From the NCBI GenBank assembly GCA_964492065.1, contig CAZBHH010000001.1, positions 80,819 through 144,818 on the forward strand: 64,000 bases of DNA, written 5' to 3'. Shown here in pieces: positions 62,675 through 64,000 of this stretch; position 1 is the first letter of the stretch; every line of letters begins with the position of its first letter. Source of the stretch: an uncultured Chitinophagales bacterium (lineage in GTDB: Bacteria; Bacteroidota; Bacteroidia; Chitinophagales; BACL12). The notes under the pieces are model-generated. The model made no database searches. It was given only the letters and a program-made list of their open reading frames with translations, and was not told the origin of the DNA. The translations under genes were made by a program, and so were the position numbers.

Positions 62675-62744
62675 ATGTTATGGCCTGCCGCAGATCAGCG
62701 GCAGCAGCCCGGTACATATTTCCAAATCCAAAAATCGCAAGGCA

Positions 62745-63095
62745 GTGAGATTTGAACATCGCAAGGAACAAGTACTCCCTTTCAAACATTTCATTTTGCG
62801 CCTGATGCGCTACAGTATTTTCGCTTTTACCCTCGTATTGATTTCGGTGATAATAGGCATGGCAGGCTATCATCACTTTGCGGAGACTTCGTGGTTAGAC
62901 AGCTTTCACATGTCGTGTATGATGCTCGCCGGCATGGGGCCGGTTGTGAATATGCAGACGGCCGATGCTAAAATATTCTCATCGCTTTACGCATTATACA
63001 GCGGCATCGCATTCTTAAGTATTACCGCTGTATTTTTTGCCCCCATCATGCACCGCCTGTTGCATATTTTGCAGGTGGAACCGGGCGATAAGTAA
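62745..63095 (+). CDS. pore-only two-TM ion-channel-like protein (Ion_trans_2-like) with a non-canonical filter
   Basis: 116 aa (GTG start; alternative ATG at 62805). TM1, pore-helix-like SWLDSFHMSCMMLAGMGP, then AKIFSSLYALYSGIAFLSI TM2. This follows the K-channel pore pattern, but AGMGP replaces T-V/I-G-Y-G. Confidence 0.5.
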   Translation: MRFEHRKEQVLPFKHFILRLMRYSIFAFTLVLISVIIGMAGYHHFAETSWLDSFHMSCMMLAGMGPVVNMQTADAKIFSSLYALYSGIAFLSITAVFFAPIMHRLLHILQVEPGDK

Positions 63096-63190
63096 ACGAC
63101 TGTGTATTTTTTCTTCCCGGCGCCGCATGTTCTACCTTTGATATTTGCCGTAATTTTATCATCCCGTTCAATGGATTACTTGCGTAAACG

Positions 63191-64000
63191 ATGCGATTAA
63201 TTAATATTTCAGCATTCCGCTTCATTGTGTGTATTGCCATTGCGCTACCCGCAAACAATACCCATGGTCAAACAACTTATTTTCCGCCGTTGGAAGGCGA
63301 CACCTGGGAAACAACCGACCCGGAGAGCCTGGGATGGTGTACCGAATACATCGACACACTCTACAATTTCCTGGAAGCTGAAAACACAAAGGCGTTCATC
63401 GTCCTCAAAGACGGCAAAATAGTACTCGAAAAATATTTCGGCACATTTGTACAAGACAGTTTGTGGTACTGGGCTTCTGCCGCTAAAACACTTACGGCAT
63501 TCCTCGTCGGTAAGGCCTATGAAAATGGCGACCTGGATATCGGCGCATCGACAAGCACTTATCTTGGAACGGGCTGGACGAGTTGTACCACCGACCAGGA
63601 GAACAATATCACCCTACTGCATCAACTGACAATGACCAGCGGATTGGATGACGGCGTGGCAGATAATCACTGTACGCTGGATACCTGCCTGCAGTTTCTC
63701 GCCGGCGCCGGCAGCAGATGGGCTTATCACAATGCCCCCTATACCCTGCTGCACAATGTTTTGGAAAACGCTACGGGTACGGAAATAAATCTATATACTC
63801 ACAATCAACTGAAATCAATTACCGGCATGAACGGCTTTTGGATAATATCGGGCTACGACCATATCTATCTCAGCAACGCACGCAGTATGGCAAGATTCGG
63901 GCTGCTTATTCAAAACAACGGCAACTGGAACGGCACGATGGTCATGAGCGATTCCATTTTTTTTAATGCCATGGTAAACACCTCGCAACTGCTGAATAAA
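63191..64000 (+). CDS. exported serine hydrolase / beta-lactamase-family protein (5' part; continues past the window)
   Basis: Hand translation is open from ATG 63191 to the window end (270 codons): MRLINISAFRFIVCIAIALPANNTHGQ.. signal, S-x-x-K motif (WASAAKT), and ..YHNAPYTLL... It is not in the ORF track because there is no stop in the window. Confidence 0.6.
   Translation, partial: MRLINISAFRFIVCIAIALPANNTHGQTTYFPPLEGDTWETTDPESLGWCTEYIDTLYNFLEAENTKAFIVLKDGKIVLEKYFGTFVQDSLWYWASAAKTLTAFLVGKAYENGDLDIGASTSTYLGTGWTSCTTDQENNITLLHQLTMTSGLDDGVADNHCTLDTCLQFLAGAGSRWAYHNAPYTLLHNVLENATGTEINLYTHNQLKSITGMNGFWIISGYDHIYLSNARSMARFGLLIQNNGNWNGTMVMSDSIFFNAMVNTSQLLNK

Overview
This 64 kb window looks like a Bacteroidota chromosome segment. 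The evidence is a T9SS C-terminal sorting domain, TonB-dependent receptor and HmuY-like genes, TTTG/TAnnTTTG-type promoter boxes, and an Alternative Complex III plus aa3 oxidase gene order. It is gene-dense and mostly housekeeping.

Layout:
- 0.1-12.6 kb: envelope and housekeeping genes (IMPase, Lnt, glycan-priming transferase, a porin + SLC13 permease + Rrf2 module, PriA, SDR).
- 12.6-29.0 kb: one uninterrupted minus-strand run of 17 respiratory genes. The order is actABCDEF, then coxII, coxI, ctaB, coxIII (two copies) and coxIV, then two SCO-like genes, DUF420 and a small CxxC membrane protein.
- 29-34.5 kb: a lipoprotein, a TPR histidine kinase and atpDC.
- 34.5-46.9 kb: the accessory-looking part. 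It holds a decayed tyrosine recombinase, a secreted double retropepsin-like protein, a LuxR-type response regulator and a 7-gene tetrapyrrole/iron uptake locus. That locus has two HmuY-like proteins (one T9SS-targeted), an exported CbiX-type chelatase lipoprotein, a PepSY-TM protein and a TonB-dependent receptor. The region ends with a visibly AT-rich islet carrying a DUF262/DUF1524 (GmrSD-like) nuclease gene, preceded by a translationally coupled 45-codon ORF.
- 46.9-64 kb: a TolC-MFP-RND efflux operon, then tmk, mlaEF, sucD, fumC, an SRAP peptidase, carA, eno, an ftsB-like gene, a pore-only ion-channel-like protein and a partial serine hydrolase.

I saw no rRNA, tRNA, CRISPR array or intact transposase by eye. 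All family calls come from motif and architecture recognition in the supplied translations. No database search or numerical computation was run.

The best candidates for something new are the uptake locus at 38.2-44.7 kb and the small defence islet at 44.7-46.9 kb. Neither is proven, and most of the window is ordinary.
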